Of a stretch of 18,934 nucleotides of DNA, positions 1-7,670 are shown in pieces. Numbering within the stretch: position 1 is the stretch's first letter; the number at the start of each line of letters is the position of its first letter. Both the position numbers and the translations under genes were made by a program. The notes under the pieces are model-generated. The model was not told where the DNA came from and did no database searches. It saw only the letters and a program-made list of their open reading frames with translations. The DNA comes from a virus. Taxonomy: Duplodnaviria > Heunggongvirae > Uroviricota > Caudoviricetes. The stretch lies in IMG/VR virus record IMGVR_UViG_2675903368_000002; one strand, written 5' to 3'.

Positions 1-150
1 ATCTGCGAAAACTGCAAATACCTTCCAACGAAACGCTCCAGAAATAAACGCAAGCCAATCCCAAAAGAATCTGACGTAAAAACCTTCAACTACACGGCTC
101 ACCTGTGGGATATCCGGTGGCTAAGACATCGTGCGAGGAATACAAGGTGA
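1..150 (+). CDS. ninE: NinE-like small protein, 3' part (5' end lies outside the window)
   Basis: Frame 1 is open from position 1 to a TGA at 148-150 and encodes [49 protein letters not shown]. Position directly upstream of ninF/ninG fits the lambda nin order. Identity is from recollection of lambda NinE, not a search. Confidence 0.4.
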
Positions 151-317
151 TTGACCCAAATCGAAGTTACGAACAAGAAAGCGTCGAGCGGGCTTTAACG
201 TGCGCTAATTGCGGTCAGAAGCTGCATGTGCTGGAAGTTCACGTGTGTGAGCACTGCTGTGCAGAGCTGATGAGCGATTCGAATAGCTCGATGCACGAGG
301 AAGAAGATGATGGCTAA
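105..317 (+). CDS. ninF: NinF-like small Cys-rich protein
   Basis: The C-terminal ~45 aa ([45 protein letters not shown]) match lambda NinF as I recall it. There is no in-frame ATG; candidate starts are GTG at 105, 117 or 153, so the start is uncertain. Overlaps the ninE 3' end and the ninG start. Confidence 0.6.
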
Positions 318-921
318 ACCAGCGCGAAGACGATGTAAAAACGATGAATGTCGGGAATGGTTTCACCCTGCATTCGCTAATCAGTGGTGGTGCTCTCCAG
401 AGTGTGGAACCAAGATAGCACTCGAACGACGAAGTAAAGAACGCGAAAAAGCGGAAAAAGCAGCAGAGAAGAAACGACGACGAGAGGAGCAGAAACAGAA
501 AGATAAACTTAAGATTCGAAAACTCGCCTTAAAGCCCCGCAGTTACTGGATTAAACAAGCCCAACAAGCCGTAAACGCCTTCATCAGAGAAAGAGACCGC
601 GACTTACCATGTATCTCGTGCGGAACGCTCACGTCTGCTCAGTGGGATGCCGGACATTACCGGACAACTGCTGCGGCACCTCAACTCCGATTTGATGAAC
701 GCAATATTCACAAGCAATGCGTGGTGTGCAACCAGCACAAAAGCGGAAATCTCGTTCCGTATCGCGTCGAACTGATTAGCCGCATCGGGCAGGAAGCAGT
801 AGACGAAATCGAATCAAACCATAACCGCCATCGCTGGACTGTCGAAGAGTGCAGGACCATCAAGGCGGAGTATCAACAGAAACTTAAAAAACTGCGAAAC
901 AGCAGAAGTGAGGCTGCATGA
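307..921 (+). CDS. ninG: NinG (Rap) recombination-associated protein
   Basis: 204-aa product, near-identical over its length to lambda NinG as recalled ([20 protein letters not shown]...NSRSEAA). GAGGAAG Shine-Dalgarno at 295-301 precedes the tandem ATGs at 307 and 310. Confidence 0.9.
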   Translation: MMAKPARRRCKNDECREWFHPAFANQWWCSPECGTKIALERRSKEREKAEKAAEKKRRREEQKQKDKLKIRKLALKPRSYWIKQAQQAVNAFIRERDRDLPCISCGTLTSAQWDAGHYRTTAAAPQLRFDERNIHKQCVVCNQHKSGNLVPYRVELISRIGQEAVDEIESNHNRHRWTVEECRTIKAEYQQKLKKLRNSRSEAA

Positions 922-1589
922 ATATCTACGAAAGAATTGATGGCAGCAAATACCGAAATATTTGGGTAGTTGGCGATCTGCACGGATGCTACACGAACCT
1001 GATGAACAAACTGGATACGATTGGATTCGACAACAAAAAAGACCTGCTTATCTCGGTGGGCGATTTGGTTGATCGTGGTGCAGAGAACGTTGAATGCCTG
1101 GAATTAATCACATTCCCCTGGTTCAGAGCTGTACGTGGAAACCATGAGCAAATGATGATTGATGGCTTATCAGAGCGTGGAAACGTTAATCACTGGCTGC
1201 TTAATGGCGGTGGCTGGTTCTTTAATCTCGATTACGACAAAGAAATTCTGGCTAAAGCTCTTGCCCATAAAGCAGAAGAACTTCCGTTAATCATCGAACT
1301 GGTGAGCAAAGGTAAAAAATATGTCATCTGCCACGCCGATTATCCTTGTGACGAATACGAATTTGGAAAGCCAGTTGATCATCAGCAGGTAATCTGGAAC
1401 CGCGAACGAATCAGCAACTCACAAGACGGGATCGTTAAAGAAATTAAAGGCGCGGACACGTTTATCTTTGGTCATACGCCAGCAGTGAAACCACTCAAAT
1501 TTGCCAACCAGATGTATATCGATACTGGGGCAGTGTTCTGCGGAAATCTCACATTGATTCAGGTACAGGGAGAAGGCGCGTGGGCATAA
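918..1589 (+). CDS. Ser/Thr protein phosphatase (lambda ORF221-type, calcineurin-like metallophosphoesterase)
   Basis: 223 aa with metallophosphatase motifs GDLHG, GDLVDRG and GNHE. Start ATG at 918 overlaps the ninG stop (ATGA), suggesting translational coupling. No ninH-like ORF lies between ninG and this gene. Confidence 0.9.
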   Translation: MNIYERIDGSKYRNIWVVGDLHGCYTNLMNKLDTIGFDNKKDLLISVGDLVDRGAENVECLELITFPWFRAVRGNHEQMMIDGLSERGNVNHWLLNGGGWFFNLDYDKEILAKALAHKAEELPLIIELVSKGKKYVICHADYPCDEYEFGKPVDHQQVIWNRERISNSQDGIVKEIKGADTFIFGHTPAVKPLKFANQMYIDTGAVFCGNLTLIQVQGEGAWA

Positions 1590-2098
1590 GAGAACTAAAC
1601 CTCACCAAAGAACAGCATGAGTGGCTGAATGGCTGGCTTGAACTGTGGGGCGCATGGGTTTATTCAGGTCGTTTGGAAAAGCGCATGAGCAGCGTAATAG
1701 CGAAGTTCATGGAGAGCGTAGAGCCGGGAAGAATTATGACAAGGCCAATGTGCAATGATGATGATGGAATGTTGATTTCTCAGGTCGTCGATTCCGTCAT
1801 GTGCATTGACAAGAAAGCCTTTGGCATCCTCCTCAGCTACTACGCTCATGGTTCATCTAAGCGAGCAATTGCATCCTACTATCACGCGACTGCAAAGCCA
1901 CGCAAGATGTGTGGACGTGGTGGCGAGGGATGGAGAAAACCTTCACTGGCAACCTGTAGAAACGAAATTGACGACATCCTGAAAGCGTCATTATTTGTTT
2001 TGTACCAACCAATGCAAAATGCTTTCAAAATGCGTAAACGTGTTGAGAAAGTTAAGCATGTTGCTGTTAAAAACCTTGACATGCAATTAGCCATTTAG
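1580..2098 (+). CDS. Q: Late-gene antiterminator Q (non-lambda allele; phage 21/82-like Q family)
   Basis: 172 aa with an N-terminal WGAW motif and Cys-containing central region typical of the Q-antiterminator family; no resemblance to lambda Q. GTG start at 1580 is preceded by GGGAGAAGG and overlaps the phosphatase stop. Sits immediately upstream of the late promoter and lysis genes. Confidence 0.8.
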   Translation: MGIRELNLTKEQHEWLNGWLELWGAWVYSGRLEKRMSSVIAKFMESVEPGRIMTRPMCNDDDGMLISQVVDSVMCIDKKAFGILLSYYAHGSSKRAIASYYHATAKPRKMCGRGGEGWRKPSLATCRNEIDDILKASLFVLYQPMQNAFKMRKRVEKVKHVAVKNLDMQLAI

Positions 2099-2106
2099 CC
2101 ATAATT
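2076..2106 (+). promoter_or_regulatory. Candidate late promoter (pR'-like) with expected Q-utilisation site
   Basis: TTGACA at 2076-2081 and CATAAT/ATAATT at 2100-2106 with an 18-19 bp spacer, overlapping the 3' end of Q. Position matches the lambdoid late promoter; the qut element itself is inferred, not identified. Confidence 0.5.
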
Positions 2107-2116
2107 AGAGGGTAAG

Positions 2117-2158
2117 CTGCCGTTAGTGACTCTTAAGTTGCAACGGTGGCTTTTTTTT
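2117..2158 (+). terminator. Intrinsic terminator just downstream of the late promoter (tR'/t82-like)
   Basis: GC-rich hairpin: GCUGCCGUU (2117-2125) pairs with AACGGUGGC (2142-2150), followed by a U8 run at 2151-2158. Lies ~45 nt from the predicted start, the arrangement expected for a terminator read through by Q-modified polymerase. Confidence 0.6.
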
Positions 2159-2163
2159 GTTTG

Positions 2164-2182
2164 CACAACAGGTAAGAGCATT
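2164..2182 (+). repeat. 19-bp direct repeat copy 1 (CACAACAGGTAAGAGCATT)
   Basis: Exact 19-mer immediately after the terminator T-run; an identical copy lies at 2415-2433. Confidence 0.9.
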
Positions 2183-2222
2183 CTCCCTTATGGGGCTTGG
2201 CTTAAATGCACCGAGTGCTCTT

Positions 2223-2246
2223 ATCGTTGTGGCAGCACAACGATAG
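2223..2246 (+). other. Perfect 10-bp inverted repeat (TATCGTTGTG-gcag-CACAACGATA): RNA hairpin or protein-binding palindrome
   Basis: Left arm 2223-2232, 4-nt spacer, right arm 2237-2246, followed by GUUUUCG. Located inside the segment bounded by the 19-bp repeats. Confidence 0.5.
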
Positions 2247-2414
2247 TTTTCGTCAGAGTTGGCGACTTTGCGGTTTTTTAGAAACTGACCACAAAGATAA
2301 ATGCAAACGATGATGTTGTTCTGATGGCGGCGTAATAGCCTGTAAGTCAGCAAGGTCTTCCGACTCCTTGTAAACAAATTCGGCGCACTGGCCCGGTGTG
2401 ATTAATAATGGGCA

Positions 2415-2433
2415 CACAACAGGTAAGAGCATT
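2415..2433 (+). repeat. 19-bp direct repeat copy 2 (CACAACAGGTAAGAGCATT)
   Basis: Exact copy of 2164-2182; directly abuts the hammerhead motif. Confidence 0.9.
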
Positions 2434-2484
2434 GCGCGCCTGACGAGTCCATGAGGGACGAAACGCATTAGCGTCGCGCGGAGT
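2432..2484 (+). ncRNA. Hammerhead self-cleaving ribozyme motif (stem I open, type I topology); predicted cleavage between C2475 and G2476
   Basis: Sequence 2434-2480 reads GCGCGC-CUGACGA-GUCC-AUGAG-GGAC-GAA-ACGC-AUUA-GCGU-C^GCGCG. All invariant core positions are present: C3 U4 G5 A6 N7 G8 A9 at 2440-2446, G12 A13 A14 at 2460-2462, A15.1 (2463) paired to U16.1 (2474), H17 = C2475. Stem II is 4 bp (2447-2450 with 2456-2459) with a 5-nt loop; stem III is 4 bp with an AUUA loop; stem I is 5 bp (2435-2439 with 2476-2480) and continues after a G-G mismatch. On the strand transcribed from the late promoter. Confidence 0.6.
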
Positions 2485-2924
2485 ATCCCCAGCCGGGGAA
2501 TAACTGGATACCAGGGGAGACAACCCTAAGCGCATTTACGAGTGTGTTTAGGGCGTGGGTCGGCAATGACTCCCTGTGCAGCCGACATCTGGCCCGGCAA
2601 CATACAGTGCTCTTTCCGTTGTGCTGAATTAAGCGAATACCGGAAGCAGAACAGGATCACCAAATGCGTACAGGCGTCATCGCCGCCCAGCAACAGCACA
2701 ACCCAAACTGAGCCGTAGCCACTGGCTATCCTGAACTCATCAGTGATAGTTACGCTGCGGCCTTCTATACATGACCTTCGTGAAAGCGGGTGGCAAGAGG
2801 CTGCGCTAACAACCTCCTGCCGTTTTGCCCGTGCATATCGGTCACGAACAAATCTGATTACTAAACACAGTAGCCTGGATTTGTTCTATCAGTAATCGAC
2901 CTTATTCCTAATTAAATAGAGCAA

Positions 2925-2949
2925 ATCCCCTTATTGGGGGTAAGACATG
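2925..2949 (+). promoter_or_regulatory. sdi-like stem-loop and Shine-Dalgarno region controlling the S dual start
   Basis: CCCC (2927-2930) and GGGG(G) (2936-2940) form a hairpin directly upstream of the Met1-Lys2-Met3 dual start of S, as in lambda. Confidence 0.6.
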
Positions 2950-3270
2950 AAGATGCCAGAAAAACATGACCTGTTAGCCGCCATTCTCGCGGCAAAGGAA
3001 CAAGGCATCGGGGCAATCCTTGCGTTTGCAATGGCGTACCTTCGCGGCAGATATAATGGCGGTGCGTTTACAAAAACAGTAATCGACGCAACGATGTGCG
3101 CCATTATCGCCTGGTTCATTCGTGACCTTCTCGACTTCGCCGGACTAAGTAGCAATCTCGCTTATATAACGAGCGTGTTCATCGGCTACATCGGTACTGA
3201 CTCGATTGGTTCGCTTATCAAACGCTTCGCTGCTAAAAAAGCCGGAGTAGAAGATGGTGGAAATCAATAA
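2947..3270 (+). CDS. S: Holin/antiholin S (class I holin, dual-start S107/S105)
   Basis: 107 aa, essentially identical to lambda S as recalled ([20 protein letters not shown]...); three hydrophobic transmembrane segments; MKM dual-start motif. Confidence 0.95.
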   Translation: MKMPEKHDLLAAILAAKEQGIGAILAFAMAYLRGRYNGGAFTKTVIDATMCAIIAWFIRDLLDFAGLSSNLAYITSVFIGYIGTDSIGSLIKRFAAKKAGVEDGGNQ

Positions 3271-3730
3271 TCAACGTAAGGCGTTCCTTGATATGCTGGC
3301 GTGGTCAGAGGGAACTGATAACGGACGGCAGAAAACCAGAAATCATGGTTATGACGTCATTGTAGGCGGAGAGCTATTCACTGATTACTCCGATCACCCT
3401 CGCAAACTTGTCACGCTAAATCCGAAACTCAAATCAACAGCCGCCGGACGTTACCAGCTTCTTTCCCGTTGGTGGGATGCCTATCGTAAGCAGCTTGGCT
3501 TGAAAGATTTCTCTCCGAAAAGCCAGGACGCTGTGGCACTGCAGCAGATTAAAGAGCGTGGCGCTTTACCGATGATTGATCGCGGTGATATCCGTCAGGC
3601 TATCGACCGTTGCAGCAATATCTGGGCTTCATTGCCGGGCGCTGGTTATGGTCAGTTCGAGCATAAGGCTGACAGCCTGATTGCAAAATTCAAAGAAGCG
3701 GGTGGAACGGTCAGAGAGATTGAGGTATGA
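3254..3730 (+). CDS. R: Endolysin R (lytic transglycosylase, lambda R-type)
   Basis: 158 aa, near-identical to lambda R as recalled ([35 protein letters not shown]...). Start overlaps the end of S. Confidence 0.95.
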   Translation: MVEINNQRKAFLDMLAWSEGTDNGRQKTRNHGYDVIVGGELFTDYSDHPRKLVTLNPKLKSTAAGRYQLLSRWWDAYRKQLGLKDFSPKSQDAVALQQIKERGALPMIDRGDIRQAIDRCSNIWASLPGAGYGQFEHKADSLIAKFKEAGGTVREIEV

Positions 3731-4164
3731 GCAGAATAACCGCGATTATCTCCGCTCTGGTTATCTGCATCATCGTCTGCCTGTCATGGGCTGTTAATCA
3801 TTACCGTGATAACGCCATCGCCTACAAAGAGCAGCGCGATAAGGCCACATCCACAATCGCTGACATGCAGAAGCGTCAACGTGACGTAGCAGAACTCGAT
3901 GCCAGATATACAAAGGAGCTTGCTGATGCTAACGCGACTATCGAAAGTCTCCGTGCTGATGTTTCTGCTGGGCGTAAGCGCCTGCAAGTCGCCGCCACCT
4001 GTGCAAAGTCAACGACCGGAGCCAGCAGCATGGGCGATGGAGAAAGCCCAAGACTTACAGCAGATGCTGAACTCAATTATTACCGTCTCAGAAGTGGAAT
4101 CGACAGGATAACCGCGCAGGTTAACTACCTGCAGGAGTACATCAGGACGCAATGCCTTCGATGA
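3727..4164 (+). CDS. Rz: Rz i-spanin (inner-membrane spanin subunit)
   Basis: 145 aa. The N-terminal TM region ([31 protein letters not shown]) matches lambda Rz, with a coiled-coil-like periplasmic domain; the middle diverges from lambda. ATGA overlap with the R stop. Confidence 0.9.
   Translation: MSRITAIISALVICIIVCLSWAVNHYRDNAIAYKEQRDKATSTIADMQKRQRDVAELDARYTKELADANATIESLRADVSAGRKRLQVAATCAKSTTGASSMGDGESPRLTADAELNYYRLRSGIDRITAQVNYLQEYIRTQCLR
3926..4111 (+). CDS. Rz1: Rz1 o-spanin lipoprotein, embedded in the +1 frame of Rz
   Basis: ATG at 3926 preceded by AAGGAG (3913-3918). Signal peptide with lipobox LLGVSAC followed by a Pro-rich mature part ([13 protein letters not shown]), the classic embedded-spanin arrangement. 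The listed ORF start at 3899 lacks an SD and is probably upstream read-in. Confidence 0.8.
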   Translation: MLTRLSKVSVLMFLLGVSACKSPPPVQSQRPEPAAWAMEKAQDLQQMLNSIITVSEVESTG

Positions 4165-4338
4165 TAGCGATAATTTTACTCATCATCCTTCACATCTGGC
4201 TCTGTAGGCAGGGTGGTGAACACTTCTGGAGTGAATCCGGATTAAATATCTCATTGCTGATGCTTGATATTGAGCATCTGGCGCGCGGTAAGGGGCTGCG
4301 TTGAGATAAGGGCCAGTCATTACAAATACCAGGATTTA

Positions 4339-4362
4339 GCCTCGCATTTGCGGGGCTTTTTT
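4339..4362 (+). terminator. Candidate intrinsic terminator downstream of the lysis cassette
   Basis: GCCUCGC (2 wobble-tolerant pairs) with an AUUU loop pairs to GCGGGGC, giving a 7-bp stem (4339-4356) followed by UUUUUU (4357-4362). Confidence 0.5.
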
Positions 4363-4508
4363 ACATCTGCAGTAAACCGCGCATCGCAGCGCGTAACAAT
4401 CCCGAGTCTTTCAGAAAGCTGAGCCTGAGAACTGCCGTATATGGTGGCGACCATCTCGGGGCGGCTTTTCTGTGCGAACAGGCTCATCTTTCTAAAAGGT
4501 AAGACGCT

Positions 4509-5030
4509 ATGAATATCGTTCCACTAAATTACAAAGGCGAACCTATCCGCTTCAATACTGATGGCTGGATTAATGCCACTGATATTGCAAAACGTTTCGG
4601 GAAGCGTCTGGATCACTGGTTGTCCAACGCTGAAACTCTCGAATACGTTAGAGCTCTGGATGAGGTTTATTCAGGTGAGCCATCGAAAATTCTACATACC
4701 CGTGATTCCGGGTATGTAAAAACAAGCAAGGCACGAAAGGACAGGGGCGGCGGAACATGGCTGCATCCAAAGTTATCAGTTGCCTTTGCAAGATGGTGCG
4801 ATCCGAAATTCTCCGTATGGTGCGACCTGCACATTGATAGTCTGCTTCGCGGTGAACTGACTGAGCAGCAGAAATATGAGCAAGCATGTCGCATTCGCGA
4901 TGACCGGAAATCAAAAGCCAGCAATGGGGCAAGAGAGATGGCTCGCTGGCGATGGGATAAGCCGGTTATTGAAGCAAATGTCGAGTACTGGCGCGAGCAA
5001 CTGCAGTTGACTCTCGATATCGCGTGCTGA
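4509..5030 (+). CDS. KilA-N-like domain protein (accessory gene between lysis and packaging genes)
   Basis: 173 aa. The N-terminal segment (IRFNTDGWINATDIAKRFGKRLDHWLSNAETLEYVRAL) has the pattern of KilA-N DNA-binding domains as I recall it. SD AAAAGG lies 9 nt upstream of the ATG. Domain call is from memory. Confidence 0.55.
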   Translation: MNIVPLNYKGEPIRFNTDGWINATDIAKRFGKRLDHWLSNAETLEYVRALDEVYSGEPSKILHTRDSGYVKTSKARKDRGGGTWLHPKLSVAFARWCDPKFSVWCDLHIDSLLRGELTEQQKYEQACRIRDDRKSKASNGAREMARWRWDKPVIEANVEYWREQLQLTLDIAC

Positions 5031-5387
5031 TGGCAAACGCAAAACTGCGTTATCGGAAAAATCAAAGCATTACGAGAACTGAGCAACGGCTATCCATTAC
5101 AAAGCCCATCTACGGGTGGGCTTGATAATGAAACCGGAATTTATTCTTGGCAACCAGTTACGGCAGTACCACGAAACAACCCAAGCCAGTAAGTGGGGAA
5201 ATAACACTGGCAGCCACTGAAAGATGAACCTCCAGCCTTATGGCAAAAAAGATTCTTTGTGGTGGCGGACTGATGGAAAGACATCGGTTATTGCAGAGAC
5301 CATTCAATGAGTGGTCTCGACAATGGCTTATACCCTACACGGGATAACTTAACTGATATCCCTTTTAACGGATAAACGGAGCCAACA

Positions 5388-5630
5388 ATGGCAGAGATTA
5401 TTCCCATGACTGAAGAACAGAAATTCCAGTTAGAGATTTACAAACTGGTCATGAACCAGAACGCAGCCGCAGAGGAAGCATTTCAATTCATCGGCACTGA
5501 CGAGCTGAAGCTTGAACTATTCAAAATTCACTTCCAGTCAGGCGGCGCTAATTCAGATATCACGATCCGCACATTCGAAGCGGTGCGTAAATCGAAGGAA
5601 GCGTTAGACCTGTTCACTACCGGAGCATGA
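5388..5630 (+). CDS. Hypothetical small protein (80 aa)
   Basis: ORF with SD ACGGAG 8 nt upstream of the ATG; helical-looking acidic protein; no family recognised. Confidence 0.4.
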   Translation: MAEIIPMTEEQKFQLEIYKLVMNQNAAAEEAFQFIGTDELKLELFKIHFQSGGANSDITIRTFEAVRKSKEALDLFTTGA

Positions 5631-5631
5631 T

Positions 5632-5811
5632 GTGAGCCGCGTAATCAATTTGGGTAAGGAGAAGAAATTCCCAATTACTCAAGAGCTATACGAGCGGCTG
5701 GAAATCGTTATCCATGATTACGATGGTGAAATCAGTTTATGCGAGGCGATTGGCACACTCGAATTGCTGAAGCAGTCACTGATTGAAGGCGCGAAAGAGT
5801 CCTCAACCTGA
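5632..5811 (+). CDS. Hypothetical small protein (59 aa, GTG start)
   Basis: GTG at 5632 lies 1 nt after the stop of the preceding ORF (possible coupling). Encodes VSRVINLGKEKKFPITQELYERLEIVIHDYDGEISLCEAIGTLELLKQSLIEGAKESST. Below the ORF-track length cut-off; weak support. Confidence 0.3.
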   Translation: MSRVINLGKEKKFPITQELYERLEIVIHDYDGEISLCEAIGTLELLKQSLIEGAKESST

Positions 5812-5834
5812 AATAAAAATTAAGTGAGATGAAT

Positions 5835-6257
5835 ATGGCGACTGAACCAAAAGCTGGTCGCCCCTCTGATTATATGCCGGAGGTGGCTGACGATATCTGC
5901 TCGTTGCTTTCTTCTGGCGAGAGTTTGCTGAAAGTATGTAAGCGTCCTGGTATGCCGGATAAGTCCACTGTTTTCCGCTGGTTGGCAAAGCATGAGGATT
6001 TTCGCGACAAGTACGCGAAGGCAACTGAGGCACGAGCTGATTCTATTTTCGAAGAGATATTCGAAATTGCTGACAATGCGATTCCAGATGCTGCTGAAGT
6101 GGCAAAGGCAAGACTTCGCGTTGATACACGCAAATGGGCGTTGGCCCGAATGAATCCCCGTAAGTATGGCGACAAGGTAACTAACGAGCTTGTCGGTAAG
6201 GACGGCGGCGCAATCCAGATTGAAACATCACCGATGAGCACTCTATTCGGAAAATGA
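5835..6257 (+). CDS. Terminase small subunit (P22/Sf6-type TerS)
   Basis: About 140 aa starting MATEPKAGRPSDY..., consistent with Sf6-like small terminase by recollection. It immediately precedes TerL with a stop/start overlap. Start chosen at ATG 5835 (the SD-like AAGTGAG at 5822-5828 is better spaced for it); ATG 5829 is the alternative. Confidence 0.7.
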   Translation: MATEPKAGRPSDYMPEVADDICSLLSSGESLLKVCKRPGMPDKSTVFRWLAKHEDFRDKYAKATEARADSIFEEIFEIADNAIPDAAEVAKARLRVDTRKWALARMNPRKYGDKVTNELVGKDGGAIQIETSPMSTLFGK

Positions 6258-7669
6258 CCTCGATTAATCCTATCTTTGAACCGTTCATTGAGGCGCATCG
6301 CTACAAAGTCGCCAAAGGCGGTCGAGGTAGCGGTAAATCATGGGCAATTGCGAGGCTGCTTGTTGAGGCGGCACGTCGGCAGCCTGTGCGTATTCTTTGC
6401 GCTCGTGAACTGCAAAACAGTATCAGCGATTCGGTAATCCGGTTGCTTGAAGATACCATCGAGCGTGAAGGGTATTCGGCTGAGTTTGAAATTCAGCGTT
6501 CCATGATTCGTCATCTCGGAACGAATGCTGAGTTCATGTTCTACGGCATCAAAAACAACCCGACGAAGATTAAATCGCTAGAAGGTATTGATATCTGCTG
6601 GGTGGAGGAAGCGGAAGCGGTAACGAAGGAATCATGGGATATCCTGATACCAACCATCCGCAAGCCGTTTTCCGAAATATGGGTGAGCTTTAACCCTAAG
6701 AACATCCTCGACGATACCTATCAGCGATTCGTTGTAAATCCTCCCGATGATATTTGCCTGCTGACGGTGAACTACACCGACAACCCGCACTTTCCTGAAG
6801 TCCTCCGTCTGGAGATGGAAGAGTGTAAACGCAGAAATCCGACACTGTATCGTCACATCTGGCTTGGTGAGCCAGTGAGCGCAAGTGATATGGCAATCAT
6901 CAAACGTGAATGGCTTGAAGCTGCAACCGATGCGCACAAGAAACTCGGATGGAAAGCGAAAGGCGCTGTTGTTTCTGCACATGACCCGTCAGATACAGGG
7001 CCAGATGCTAAAGGTTACGCATCGCGCCACGGTTCGGTAGTTAAGCGCATTGCCGAAGGTCTGCTGATGGACATCAACGATGGTGCTGACTGGGCTACTT
7101 CGCTGGCGATTGAAGACGGCGCTGACCACTACCTGTGGGATGGTGATGGTGTTGGTGCCGGGCTACGCAGACAGACAACGGAAGCGTTCTCCGGTAAGAA
7201 AATCACCGCCACGATGTTCAAGGGTAGCGAATCGCCATTCGATGAAGATGCGCCTTACCAGGCCGGAGCATGGGCTGATGAAGTCGTGCAGGGCGACAAC
7301 GTTCGCACTATTGGCGATGTATTCCGCAATAAGCGAGCGCAATTCTATTACGCGCTGGCTGACAGGCTGTATCTGACATATCGGGCGGTTGTTCACGGTG
7401 AGTATGCAGACCCCGACGACATGCTGAGTTTCGACAAAGAAGCGATAGGCGAGAAGATGCTGGAGAAGCTGTTTGCAGAACTGACGCAGATCCAGCGCAA
7501 ATTCAATAACAACGGGAAGCTGGAGCTTATGACTAAGGTCGAAATGAAGCAGAAGCTCGGTATTCCATCTCCTAACCTGGCTGATGCGCTGATGATGTGT
7601 ATGCATTGCCCGGAGTCGGCTGCGCAACCCGACTATTCCAGTTACTCAATTCCTTGTGGTGTAGGTTGA
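6254..7669 (+). CDS. Terminase large subunit (TerL; ATPase plus nuclease)
   Basis: 471 aa with Walker A motif GGRGSGKS near the N-terminus, a Walker B-like CWVEEAE, and a C-terminal nuclease-fold region. ATGA overlap with the TerS stop. Confidence 0.9.
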   Translation: MTSINPIFEPFIEAHRYKVAKGGRGSGKSWAIARLLVEAARRQPVRILCARELQNSISDSVIRLLEDTIEREGYSAEFEIQRSMIRHLGTNAEFMFYGIKNNPTKIKSLEGIDICWVEEAEAVTKESWDILIPTIRKPFSEIWVSFNPKNILDDTYQRFVVNPPDDICLLTVNYTDNPHFPEVLRLEMEECKRRNPTLYRHIWLGEPVSASDMAIIKREWLEAATDAHKKLGWKAKGAVVSAHDPSDTGPDAKGYASRHGSVVKRIAEGLLMDINDGADWATSLAIEDGADHYLWDGDGVGAGLRRQTTEAFSGKKITATMFKGSESPFDEDAPYQAGAWADEVVQGDNVRTIGDVFRNKRAQFYYALADRLYLTYRAVVHGEYADPDDMLSFDKEAIGEKMLEKLFAELTQIQRKFNNNGKLELMTKVEMKQKLGIPSPNLADALMMCMHCPESAAQPDYSSYSIPCGVG

Positions 7670-7670
7670 T

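Noticed and set aside
2184-2290. A 35-codon + strand ORF (ATG at 2207) inside the leader insert
   Set aside because: No Shine-Dalgarno sequence, and it spans the 10-bp perfect hairpin; more likely non-coding structured leader RNA.
1664-2535. Minus-strand ORFs of 61-84 aa (1664..1849, 1882..2094, 2123..2377, 2253..2468, 2347..2535) inside Q and the late leader
   Set aside because: They overlap a well-supported + strand gene or run through the terminator hairpin and the ribozyme, have no convincing ribosome-binding sites, and the whole region is transcribed rightward as a unit. Most likely open-frame shadows.
2099-2946. Possible tRNA genes in the Q-to-S spacer (some lambdoid and Stx phages carry tRNAs there)
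   Set aside because: No T-loop-like GTTCGAATC/GTTCAAATC motif or cloverleaf-compatible arrangement seen by eye; a tRNAscan-SE run would be needed to exclude them formally.
3899-3925. Upstream extension of the Rz1 ORF (start at 3899)
   Set aside because: No SD precedes 3899, whereas the internal ATG at 3926 has AAGGAG at optimal spacing and starts directly at the signal peptide.
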